This document shows, piece after piece, positions 20,147 to 28,395 of a stretch of 47,506 nucleotides of DNA (positions within the stretch are counted from its first letter, which is position 1; every line of letters starts with the position of its first letter). The stretch lies in the sequence record SRR31156797_1572. One strand, 5' to 3'. The notes beneath the pieces are model-generated. The model searched no databases. It saw only the letters and a program-made list of their open reading frames with translations, and was not told the DNA's origin. Both the position numbers and the translations under genes were made by a program.

Positions 20147-20959
20147 ATGAATAATTTTTGGCAACGCACCCTTACTGGAATTCTTTTTGTTTTGTTAATT
20201 GCAGGAGGAATTTTCTTTCATCCTTTTTCCTTTTTTATTGTTTTTTTTATTATTGTAATAGCTGGTATAACAGAGATTAAAACAATTCTTTCAAAAGCAA
20301 GTGTTGCGATTGATTTGCTTAGTACATTATTGATTGCTGTTTTTTTATTTGTTTCGACTTTTTTGGTTAGTTCCGGTATTTCAAAAAGCAGTATCTATTT
20401 TATTTTAATTCCGATCGTAGTTTTTCTGTTTGTAAGAGAGTTGTTTGCAAAAAATGAGAACCCAATCAATAGGATTGCTTCAAGTTTGTTTTGTGCTTTG
20501 TATGTGGCAGCTCCATTTGCATTGTTAAATATACTGGCCTTTTATAAAGGTGTTTATGATTTTAAACTTCCCATTGCCATTTTTGTTTTGGTCTGGATAA
20601 ATGATACGGGAGCCTATTTGTCAGGAGTGAGTATTGGAAAGCATAAGTTTTTCGAAAGAATTTCGCCTAAAAAAACATGGGAAGGTACAATTGGAGGTTT
20701 TGTTCTTACCTTAATAGTTGGGTATGTGCTTTCGTTATTTTGGGTAAATATGAGTGGATTGCAATGGCTGGTGTTTGCTGGACTTATTTCCATATCAGCA
20801 GTGTTAGGTGATTTAATAGAATCATTGTTTAAAAGAAGTATTGGCATAAAAGATTCCGGTTCCATTTTGCCGGGTCATGGAGGTATTTTAGATAGATTTG
20901 ATGCAGTGATATTGGCCATTCCTATGGCTGTGTTTTTTATAGAGTTTTTTATTAAGTAA
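20147..20959 (+). CDS. cdsA: Phosphatidate cytidylyltransferase
   Basis: ISPKKTWEG and GDLIESLFKR...KDSGSILPGHGGILDRFD. Confidence 0.98.
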   Translation: MNNFWQRTLTGILFVLLIAGGIFFHPFSFFIVFFIIVIAGITEIKTILSKASVAIDLLSTLLIAVFLFVSTFLVSSGISKSSIYFILIPIVVFLFVRELFAKNENPINRIASSLFCALYVAAPFALLNILAFYKGVYDFKLPIAIFVLVWINDTGAYLSGVSIGKHKFFERISPKKTWEGTIGGFVLTLIVGYVLSLFWVNMSGLQWLVFAGLISISAVLGDLIESLFKRSIGIKDSGSILPGHGGILDRFDAVILAIPMAVFFIEFFIK

Positions 20960-20969
20960 AGAGTTAGAA

Positions 20970-21623
20970 ATGACTATACACAAGGAGGGATTTAGAACTA
21001 TTTTATTTGTTGCTGTTGTATTGGCCGTAATAAATGTAGTACTTAATTTATTTGTTGGTTCAGAGTTTGTAAATTGGATTATTTATATCGCTTCTGGAAT
21101 TATTTTTTTAGTGATTGTTAATTTTTTCAGAAGCCCCCAAAGGGTATGTAATCAGGACGATAAGGCTGTTATTACTCCAGCAGATGGTGAGGTTGTGGTT
21201 ATTGAAGAAGTTGAAGAGCCTGAGTATTTAAAAACACGTTGTTTGCAGGTTTCTGTATTTATGACGCCATTAAATGTTCATGTTAATTGGTTTCCGGTAA
21301 GCGGACTAATAAAATATGTTAGACATCATAGTGGAAGATTTATGGGAGCATATCTTCCTAAGTCATCAACTGAAAATGAAAGAACTTCTGTTGTTATAGA
21401 AACAAAAGATGGAAAGGAAATTTTAGTGAGGCAAGTTGCTGGAGCTATGGCCAGAAGAATTGTTTGTTATGCTAAAGAAGAAGTTAAAGCAGAGCAAGGC
21501 GCTCAAATGGGTTTTATTAAATTTGGTTCAAGGTTAGATCTTTATCTTCCCTTAGATGCAGAATTAAAGGTTAAGTTAGGAGATAAAGTTACAGGTACGC
21601 AAACCGTCATTGCTAAGATTTAA
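20970..21623 (+). CDS. psd: Phosphatidylserine decarboxylase proenzyme
   Basis: FFRSP, PADG, FMTPLNVHVN, NER and the self-cleavage motif FGSR. Confidence 0.96.
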   Translation: MTIHKEGFRTILFVAVVLAVINVVLNLFVGSEFVNWIIYIASGIIFLVIVNFFRSPQRVCNQDDKAVITPADGEVVVIEEVEEPEYLKTRCLQVSVFMTPLNVHVNWFPVSGLIKYVRHHSGRFMGAYLPKSSTENERTSVVIETKDGKEILVRQVAGAMARRIVCYAKEEVKAEQGAQMGFIKFGSRLDLYLPLDAELKVKLGDKVTGTQTVIAKI

Positions 21624-21647
21624 GAGAATATATTATTTTATATGCGT

Positions 21648-21678
21648 AAGGCTTCTATTTTAAATAGAGGCCTTTTTT
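21648..21678 (+). terminator. Intrinsic terminator after psd
   Basis: AAGGCTTCTATT / AATAGAGGCCTT stem followed by a T-run. Confidence 0.85.
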
Positions 21679-21779
21679 ATAAAACAAAATGAAATCTACA
21701 CTGTTATTCAATAACTTAATTTTGTTTTTCGATATTTTTTGTCGAATTTAAAACAGTAACATCCTTAAAAATCTATCTA

Positions 21780-22349
21780 ATGGAAAATACATCTGCATCT
21801 TTACTTCTAAATCAAAAAATTAAGGTTTTTAATTTCTTTGCCTTTCTCTTCTTTTCTGGAATGTTTAGTTTGTTTCTTTATTATAAGATACTTGGAGGCG
21901 TTGGGTTTAAGCTGTCTTCAGGATTTTTTGGATTATTAGAAGGAGGAGTTGGTATCGGTATCTTAAGCTTAGCTGTTGTGGCGACTGCATTTTTATCAAA
22001 ACAAGTAGATTTAAGATTAAGTAAAGTTTCAGTATTTGTAGGTATATTATTATTTGCTTATGCCGGATCGCAACTTTTTATTTGGATGGGTAAATTCAAT
22101 GATGGTTTGTTTATTGGTGGGGAAGTATTAAAATCGCTTTCAGTAGATGATATTCTTTATTTTACTTTTTATTATTTTTTAAGTGGTTTTCATATATTAT
22201 TTGCACTGGTTTTAGGAGTACTATTTATTATTAGTGGGTTAGGAAAAGATGAAGAGAGAGGTTTAAATAGTAAAACATTGTACAAGATTATTAAACCTCT
22301 ATATTTTGGAGGAATAGGTTTATTTCTTTTATATCATGTCTGGAATTAA
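21780..22349 (+). CDS. Five-TM membrane protein, degenerate cytochrome c oxidase subunit III-like
   Basis: FLFFSGMFSLFLYY and FYYFLSGFHILF resemble COX3 helices (FGGLF..Y; FY..TGFH..H). About 190 aa with five hydrophobic segments. Confidence 0.55.
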   Translation: MENTSASLLLNQKIKVFNFFAFLFFSGMFSLFLYYKILGGVGFKLSSGFFGLLEGGVGIGILSLAVVATAFLSKQVDLRLSKVSVFVGILLFAYAGSQLFIWMGKFNDGLFIGGEVLKSLSVDDILYFTFYYFLSGFHILFALVLGVLFIISGLGKDEERGLNSKTLYKIIKPLYFGGIGLFLLYHVWN

Positions 22350-22368
22350 TTAATCTTTAATATATAGT

Positions 22369-22408
22369 TCAAAGGAAGGAGGTGACGATAGTCATCTCCT
22401 TCTTTTGA
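22369..22408 (+). terminator. Terminator hairpin after the COX3-like gene
   Basis: TCAAAGGAAGGAGGTGAC-gata-GTCATCTCCTTCTTTTGA. Confidence 0.75.
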
Positions 22409-22454
22409 TTTTAAAGCATATATTAGCGAAGAAATATTCTAAAGCCACAGAAAA

Positions 22455-23054
22455 ATGAAGATTCAATTTTTACAAATCCTTTCGGCATTTATTGTGTTGT
22501 TTGCTGTTATTGATATTTTAGGATCTCTTCCTTTAATTATTAATTTAAAAAAGAAAGGGAATAAGATAAACTCATTACAGGCGGCTTCAATTTCGTTGGT
22601 TATTTTATTAGTTTTCTTTTTTGTAGGAGAACCACTTTTAGGATTATTTGGAGTTGATATATCTTCTTTTGCAATTGCAGGTTCTTTTGTGCTCCTAGTG
22701 ATGGCATTCGAAATGATTTTTGGAATACATATTTTTAAACACGACTCGCCTGCCGGAGCCAGTATTGTTCCCATAGCTTTTCCGCTAATTGCAGGTGCTG
22801 GTTCTTTTACCACAATTTTATCCTTAAGAGCAGAATTCGAGGCTATTAATATTATCATAGCGCTTGTGTTGAACATTATCGTTGTCTTTTTTGTGTTGCG
22901 ATCAACAGATAAAGTTGAAAAGCTAATTGGTGAAGGTGGCGTATATGTTTTACAAAAGTTTTTCGGGATAATTCTATTGGCTATGGCTATTCGGTTATTT
23001 TTATCCAATTTTGCAAATCTGTTAACCCAGTTTTTACCTGCATTAAAAGGTTAG
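22455..23054 (+). CDS. marC: MarC family membrane protein
   Basis: LFAVIDILGSLP, SSFAIAG, IVPIAFPLIAGAG, KFFGIILLAMA. Confidence 0.93.
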   Translation: MKIQFLQILSAFIVLFAVIDILGSLPLIINLKKKGNKINSLQAASISLVILLVFFFVGEPLLGLFGVDISSFAIAGSFVLLVMAFEMIFGIHIFKHDSPAGASIVPIAFPLIAGAGSFTTILSLRAEFEAINIIIALVLNIIVVFFVLRSTDKVEKLIGEGGVYVLQKFFGIILLAMAIRLFLSNFANLLTQFLPALKG

Positions 23055-23055
23055 G

Positions 23056-23685
23056 ATGGCAAAGAAAAATAAGTTTTATGTGATTTGGAATGGACATAGC
23101 CCGGGTATTTATGATTCCTGGGCAGATTGTCAGTTGAATATAAAAGGAGTAAGTAATGCACGTTATAAAGGCTTTCCCACTTTAGATGAAGCGAAAGCTG
23201 CGTATGCCGATTCTCCGGATAAGTATTGGGGGAAAAGTGCCCAAAAAGAATCTCATCAAAAGAATATTGAAGAAAATCCCGATATTATACAAAACAGTAT
23301 TTCTGTAGATGCGGCTTGTAGTGGAAACCCTGGAGTTATGGAGTATCAAGGGGTATATACCGGATCAGGAACCCAGGTATTTATTAAGAAGTTTAATTTA
23401 GGAACTAATAATATCGGGGAGTTTTTGGCTATAGTTCATTGTCTGGCTTATCAAAAACAGCATAATTTAAATTTACCCATTTATACAGATTCGAAAATTG
23501 CGATGGGTTGGATTAAAGCAAAGAAGTGTAGATCCAAGTTGGATAAATCACCGCAGACCATGGATTTGTTTAATGTTATTCAACGTGCCGAACAATGGTT
23601 AAAGGAAAATACTTACTCACAAAAGATATTAAAGTGGGATACCAAAAACTGGGGTGAAATTCCAGCTGATTTTGGTCGTAAGTAA
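23056..23685 (+). CDS. rnhA: Ribonuclease HI with N-terminal hybrid-binding (viroplasmin) domain
   Basis: FYVIWNGHSPGIYDSW..C N-domain; VDAACSGNPG, TNNIGEFLA, YTDS, WGEIPADFGRK. Confidence 0.95.
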   Translation: MAKKNKFYVIWNGHSPGIYDSWADCQLNIKGVSNARYKGFPTLDEAKAAYADSPDKYWGKSAQKESHQKNIEENPDIIQNSISVDAACSGNPGVMEYQGVYTGSGTQVFIKKFNLGTNNIGEFLAIVHCLAYQKQHNLNLPIYTDSKIAMGWIKAKKCRSKLDKSPQTMDLFNVIQRAEQWLKENTYSQKILKWDTKNWGEIPADFGRK

Positions 23686-25584
23686 TTAATTCATTTCCCT
23701 GAGTGGAATAGTAAATTCTACTAATGTTCCGGTTTGGTTAAATTTCGATTTATCTTGAACAGTTAAGTTAATTTTTTGTCCATGATGATTTTTGTTTATC
23801 AGGAGTAACCTTTCTTTAGTAATTTTTATAGCCAATGATTTGTGCTTCTTGTTGTTGGTAGTTGGGTTTTTTCTATGTACTTCTTTCTTTTTTGATAAAA
23901 TGCCAATGCCATTATCTTCTATTCGGTATGAAAGATTAGTTCCTTTTTTCTCAAATTTTACTGTAATTTTTCCGTCTTTCATTTTGCACAATTCACCATG
24001 TTCAAAGGAATTTTCAATAAACGGTTGTGCAAGCATTGGAGGAATCATTGTTTTTGAACGGTCAAGATTTTCGTCAATTTCAATTTCGTATTTTACATTG
24101 TCGCCAAAACGTTTAATTTGTAAATCTATATAATAATCTAAAACTTCTTTTTCTTGCGAAAGAGTGATGAATTGTTCTTTGGAGTAATGTAGGACCATAC
24201 GCATCAATCCTGCAAAATCAGCCAAAAAATCTACCGATTCCATTGTCTTGTTTTCTAGTATATAGCATTGAACAACCGATAGGGAATTAAAAATGAAATG
24301 GGGATTCATTTGGGTTCGTAAAACATTTTGTTCCAGAGCTAATAAGCGCTGTTTTTCTTTCATTCCTTTGTCGCGATTAAAGAAGAAGAAGAAAACACCT
24401 CCAAAAATTAAAATAAATGAAATAGCCAAGAAAATGATGGTGTAAAGTCGATTTCTTGATTTTAATCTGGTTATTTGATTTTGATTTTTTTGTTTTAAGT
24501 ATTTATTTTCTAAATCCAGAATTTTATCTAGGTTTTCATTGCTGTAAATGCTGTCAGTAAGGGTTTTGTATGTTTCGAATGTATGCAAAGCTTTTTCAAA
24601 ATTACCGATTTCTTTATAGGCTTCGTATAGGCTAAAAAGGTTGTTTATCCTTATTTCTGTAAGGCCAATTGACGCGTTTATTTTTTCGCATTGAGTATAT
24701 AATTCTATGGCTTTTTGTTTATTACCTTGTTTTGCGCATACATCTCCAAGTGCAGCATAGGTATTTAATAAGCCTGTTTTGTCTTTTAGATTTTTAAATA
24801 TAAAAATGGCTTTGTTTAAATATAGATTGGCCTTATCAAAATCCATTGTTCTAACATGGTAATAGCCGATATTAGTATAAACGGATGCAATACGGCTGCT
24901 GTCCTGAAGTTGTTCGTACGCTTTTAAGGCATCTTTGTAGTATTGAAGGCCATCTTTGTATTTTTCTTGCGTAATTAAACTAACACCAAGGTTGAGTGAT
25001 ATATCAGCAATGGATCGTATTTCTTGTAGTTTTTCGTATATTTTTAAGCTTTGTTGATAATAAGATTGCTGTAATTCATAGCGTTGCCAATTTCCTGCTA
25101 TCAAGCCCATATTTTGTAAACTCTTGGCCATACCAATACTGTCATTTAACAATGACTCTAAATGATAGCTTTTATCGTAGTAGGATAGAGCAGTTTTGTA
25201 ATTAGCTTTTAAAAGATAAATAAGGCCTAGATTGCTATAGTTGCCCGCAATTTTTACACTGTCGTTTAATTCTTTTAAAAGAGGTGCTGCATCTTTATAC
25301 ATTTGAAGTGCACTGTCGTAGTTTTGTTGGTAATAGTTAGCTTCTCCCTTAATAATGTATGCTAATGCCTTAAGATTCTTATCGTTTTTTAATGTAAGTT
25401 CTATTATTTTGTTAGCAATGCTGTCGGCTTTGTTCGGATTACTATCTGCTAAATTAATTGCTGTTTTATATAAAGAATCAATTTGTTTGGCCTTTTTTGT
25501 ATTGTGATCAGAAAATGAATTCTGTGCAGTAATAAAGTCTGTAACGAGCAGTAAACAAAGAAAAAGAGCCAGAGTGTGTTTCAT
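23686..25584 (-). CDS. TPR-containing LytS-type sensor histidine kinase
   Basis: Signal peptide, multiple TPRs, one TM, QMNPHFIFNSL, IPPMLAQPFIENSFEHG, IEDNGIG. Confidence 0.93.
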   Translation of the reverse strand: MKHTLALFLCLLLVTDFITAQNSFSDHNTKKAKQIDSLYKTAINLADSNPNKADSIANKIIELTLKNDKNLKALAYIIKGEANYYQQNYDSALQMYKDAAPLLKELNDSVKIAGNYSNLGLIYLLKANYKTALSYYDKSYHLESLLNDSIGMAKSLQNMGLIAGNWQRYELQQSYYQQSLKIYEKLQEIRSIADISLNLGVSLITQEKYKDGLQYYKDALKAYEQLQDSSRIASVYTNIGYYHVRTMDFDKANLYLNKAIFIFKNLKDKTGLLNTYAALGDVCAKQGNKQKAIELYTQCEKINASIGLTEIRINNLFSLYEAYKEIGNFEKALHTFETYKTLTDSIYSNENLDKILDLENKYLKQKNQNQITRLKSRNRLYTIIFLAISFILIFGGVFFFFFNRDKGMKEKQRLLALEQNVLRTQMNPHFIFNSLSVVQCYILENKTMESVDFLADFAGLMRMVLHYSKEQFITLSQEKEVLDYYIDLQIKRFGDNVKYEIEIDENLDRSKTMIPPMLAQPFIENSFEHGELCKMKDGKITVKFEKKGTNLSYRIEDNGIGILSKKKEVHRKNPTTNNKKHKSLAIKITKERLLLINKNHHGQKINLTVQDKSKFNQTGTLVEFTIPLREMN

Positions 25585-25628
25585 AGAATAAGTTATTATC
25601 TGGCTAAAATTAAAGGATTAATTGAAAT

Positions 25629-25657
25629 AAAAAAAGCCACTCAAAACTGAATGGCTT
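25629..25657 (-). terminator. Intrinsic terminator of the small Cys-rich gene
   Basis: Minus strand AAGCCATTCA-gttt-TGAGTGGCTT-TTTTT, about 20 nt after the stop. Confidence 0.8.
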
Positions 25658-25678
25658 AAATTAATTAAGTTGAAAGAA

Positions 25679-25885
25679 CTATTTTTTATCACAAGCTTTT
25701 TTGCATTCTGCTTTTTTAGCTTTGTCACATTTTTTAGTGCACTCTTTCTTTTCTTTTTTATCACATTTCTTTTCACATTTTTTCTCTGTTTTTTCTGGCT
25801 CTTGAATAGAGTCATTAGCCATTACAGGAGAAGCTATTGCTAACATAAACATAAATAGAAACGAAACCGCAATTGTCTTTTTCAT
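25679..25885 (-). CDS. Small secreted Cys/Lys-rich repeat protein
   Basis: Signal peptide MKKTIAVSFLFMFMLAIASPVMA, three 12-aa-period CxKxCDK units, and its own terminator. Confidence 0.85.
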   Translation of the reverse strand: MKKTIAVSFLFMFMLAIASPVMANDSIQEPEKTEKKCEKKCDKKEKKECTKKCDKAKKAECKKACDKK

Positions 25886-25960
25886 ACTAATAGTTTTAAT
25901 GAGTTATTAACTTAACAATTTTGATACATCACAAATATTGGATGAATGGACTACAATATA

Positions 25961-25998
25961 TGTTATTTGCTTGTTAATGCTTGTTAACATGATGTTAA
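25961..25998. promoter_or_regulatory. Phased TGTTAA direct repeats (candidate OmpR-family binding site)
   Basis: TGTTAT 25961, TGTTAA 25972, 25982 and 25993 (spacing 11/10/11). Perfect tandem TGCTTGTTAA x2 at 25968-25987. Confidence 0.7.
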
Positions 25999-26026
25999 AG
26001 TGCTGAGTTGGAATTGATATAAATCC

Positions 26027-26034
26027 TATTTTTG
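26027..26034 (+). promoter_or_regulatory. Candidate -7 element for the histidine kinase
   Basis: TATTTTTG about 50 nt upstream of the ATG at 26086. Confidence 0.45.
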
Positions 26035-26085
26035 TGAAGTGAGAAGAGAGAATGATTGTGAAATGAGTAGTTTAAAACACTATTA

Positions 26086-27324
26086 ATGCGAAGGAAATTA
26101 GATCGTCAGTCACTATTAGGTATTGTTACTTTTGGTGCGTTGTTGTTATTATTGGTTATGCAGTTTCTTTTTTTAAAAAGAGCTGCTGATCTTGAAGAAA
26201 AGCATTTTAATCATAGGGTGGTTTTAGCATTAAGAGAAGCTCGCAATGAAATAGCCAGGGAAGCGAATGCATGTAATCATATGAATAATTTTGTCTGTGG
26301 AAATCAGTGTCCAACAGATATGCTTTATATAAATTTTCAAAAGGTAGATAGTATTCTTCAGTCTAATCTGGAGATTCATAAGATTACACTAGATTATACA
26401 TTCGAATTCATTAATGAATCGAAAGGTGAGTATAAAAAGTTATGCCTTACTTGTTATGAGCAGTCCCTTAATGGATTGCTAGAACAGAATGGTATTCGTT
26501 TGCAAATTAAATTTCCGCACCATAGTCAGTTTCTTTTTGCTCAAATGGGATACATGTTTTATTTATCGGTAGGAGTAATAATCTTTGTAATGGTGTCGTT
26601 CTTCTTTACTTCGCGTTTGTTTAAATGGCAAAAAGGAATGCTTATTTATACGAAAGATTTTATTGATAATATGGTGCATGAATTTCAAACTCCAATCGCC
26701 AATATTAAATTAGCTTCAAATCTGGTTAAAAAGAATAAAGACTCAATGGCATTTGATAAATTGATGAATTATTGTGATTTAATTCAGTTGGAGAATCAGA
26801 AAATTGAAGGTTATGTTGGAGAAATTCTTGGTGTAGCTTCAATGACAAATGATCATAATGTGACCAATACTTTGGATGTTCATGAGGTTATCAAAAGAAG
26901 TGTGGAGGATTTTAGGCAAAATAGCGAATTAAATAGTGCTCAAATTAAACTTGATTTAAAAGCAACAAATTGTATTATTTCAGGAGAGGAAAAGTACTTC
27001 CATCATGCTATTAATAATTTAATTGATAACGCAATTAAATATTCAAAAGATTCACCTGAGATAAATATTTCAACATATAATTTGCGCAAAAAGTTAATTG
27101 TAGAGGTCAGTGATAAAGGAATAGGTATTGATAGAAAGGATTATGGTAATATTTTTCAAAAGTATTATCGTGTTTCTCAGGGAGATATTCATAATATTAA
27201 AGGTTTTGGTTTAGGGTTGCATTTTGTAAAAAGAGTGGTTGAAAAATACAACGGTAATATTCGTGTAAAGAGCCAGGTTGGGAAGGGGAGTACATTCTCA
27301 TTATTTTTTAATGTAAAAGAGTAA
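26086..27324 (+). CDS. Two-TM sensor histidine kinase (HisKA/HATPase) with Cys-rich periplasmic domain
   Basis: H-box HEFQTP, N-box NLIDNAIKY, DKGIG, GFGLGL, GKGSTF. Five Cys lie between the TMs. Confidence 0.95.
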   Translation: MRRKLDRQSLLGIVTFGALLLLLVMQFLFLKRAADLEEKHFNHRVVLALREARNEIAREANACNHMNNFVCGNQCPTDMLYINFQKVDSILQSNLEIHKITLDYTFEFINESKGEYKKLCLTCYEQSLNGLLEQNGIRLQIKFPHHSQFLFAQMGYMFYLSVGVIIFVMVSFFFTSRLFKWQKGMLIYTKDFIDNMVHEFQTPIANIKLASNLVKKNKDSMAFDKLMNYCDLIQLENQKIEGYVGEILGVASMTNDHNVTNTLDVHEVIKRSVEDFRQNSELNSAQIKLDLKATNCIISGEEKYFHHAINNLIDNAIKYSKDSPEINISTYNLRKKLIVEVSDKGIGIDRKDYGNIFQKYYRVSQGDIHNIKGFGLGLHFVKRVVEKYNGNIRVKSQVGKGSTFSLFFNVKE

Positions 27325-27404
27325 ATGTTGAATAAGATGGTTTTTTTGTAATTTAGTTTTTTGTTAAAAAATAAAACAAGTAAATACTATTAGCCTATAA
27401 AAAC

Positions 27405-28103
27405 ATGAAAGTAAAAACACGCATACTTCTTGTTGAAGATGATACAACAATGGGGTTTTTATTGGTGGACTTTTTAGAGTCTAATGGTTTTGATGTTAAG
27501 CTATACAAAGATGGGATTTTAGGATTGAATGGTTTTGTTAATCATACTTTCGACTTTTGTATACTCGACGTTATGCTTCCTGGGATGGATGGTTTTACCT
27601 TGGCTCAACGAATACGGAAAAAGGATAAATCAATACCGATTATATTTCTAACAGCAAAGGTACTCAAAGAAGATAAAATCAAAGGGTTCAATATTGGGGT
27701 GGATGACTATATTGTTAAGCCGTTTGATGAAGATGAACTTTTGTGTAGGATTAAAGCCATATTAAACAGGTGTAATTCTGATGTTGAAGACAAGGTTGTT
27801 TTGTCGGGAATCGTAAAAATTGGCAGTTACACTTATGATCCTGATAACTTAATGTTGAGAATTGAAAAGGATGAGAAAAGATTAACCCATAAAGAGAATG
27901 AGGTTTTAAAGATGCTGGCAAGTTGTAAAAATAAACTTGTTCGCAGGAATGAAATTTTAAATACACTTTGGGGTGATGATGATTATTTTAACAGTAGGAG
28001 TCTGGATGTTTTTATTGCTAAACTGCGTAAATATTTGAAGCAGGATTCAAATATAAAAATCGAAAATGTTCCTACTGTTGGTTTTGTTTTAAAAGATAAG
28101 TAA
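27405..28103 (+). CDS. OmpR/PhoB-family response regulator (RprY-like)
   Basis: LLVEDD, LDVMLP, FLTAK, DDYIVKPF and the winged helix SRSLDVFIAKLRK. Confidence 0.96.
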   Translation: MKVKTRILLVEDDTTMGFLLVDFLESNGFDVKLYKDGILGLNGFVNHTFDFCILDVMLPGMDGFTLAQRIRKKDKSIPIIFLTAKVLKEDKIKGFNIGVDDYIVKPFDEDELLCRIKAILNRCNSDVEDKVVLSGIVKIGSYTYDPDNLMLRIEKDEKRLTHKENEVLKMLASCKNKLVRRNEILNTLWGDDDYFNSRSLDVFIAKLRKYLKQDSNIKIENVPTVGFVLKDK

Positions 28104-28395
28104 GTAACCTAGTGTCTAGTGTCAAATTGTTGAATTTGAACATTCTATCAAAATATTCTGCTTGAAATAAGAGGGCGAGTTTAGGTTTTTTTTTCAGTAG
28201 TTATAAATAGATTCCATAAAGTGGAAAATTTGTAATTGTCATGTGTTTAGGCTTTTATGGTCTGCTAGCATTATTGTCTATAAACAATTGTTGACATATG
28301 TTTGTTTTTATAATGTTGGGTAAACGCTGTAAAATTTACTTAATCAGGGATTTATACTAAATTGCTGAAAATTTTATTAAGTTGAAGGTGGTTAT

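Noticed and set aside
23056..23200. Caulimovirus viroplasmin-like domain suggesting viral origin
   Set aside because: It is the ordinary hybrid-binding domain of this RNase HI class.
25679..25800. Low-complexity repeats that might be a CRISPR or tandem DNA array
   Set aside because: Explained by Lys/Cys codons of the small protein; there is no repeat-spacer structure.
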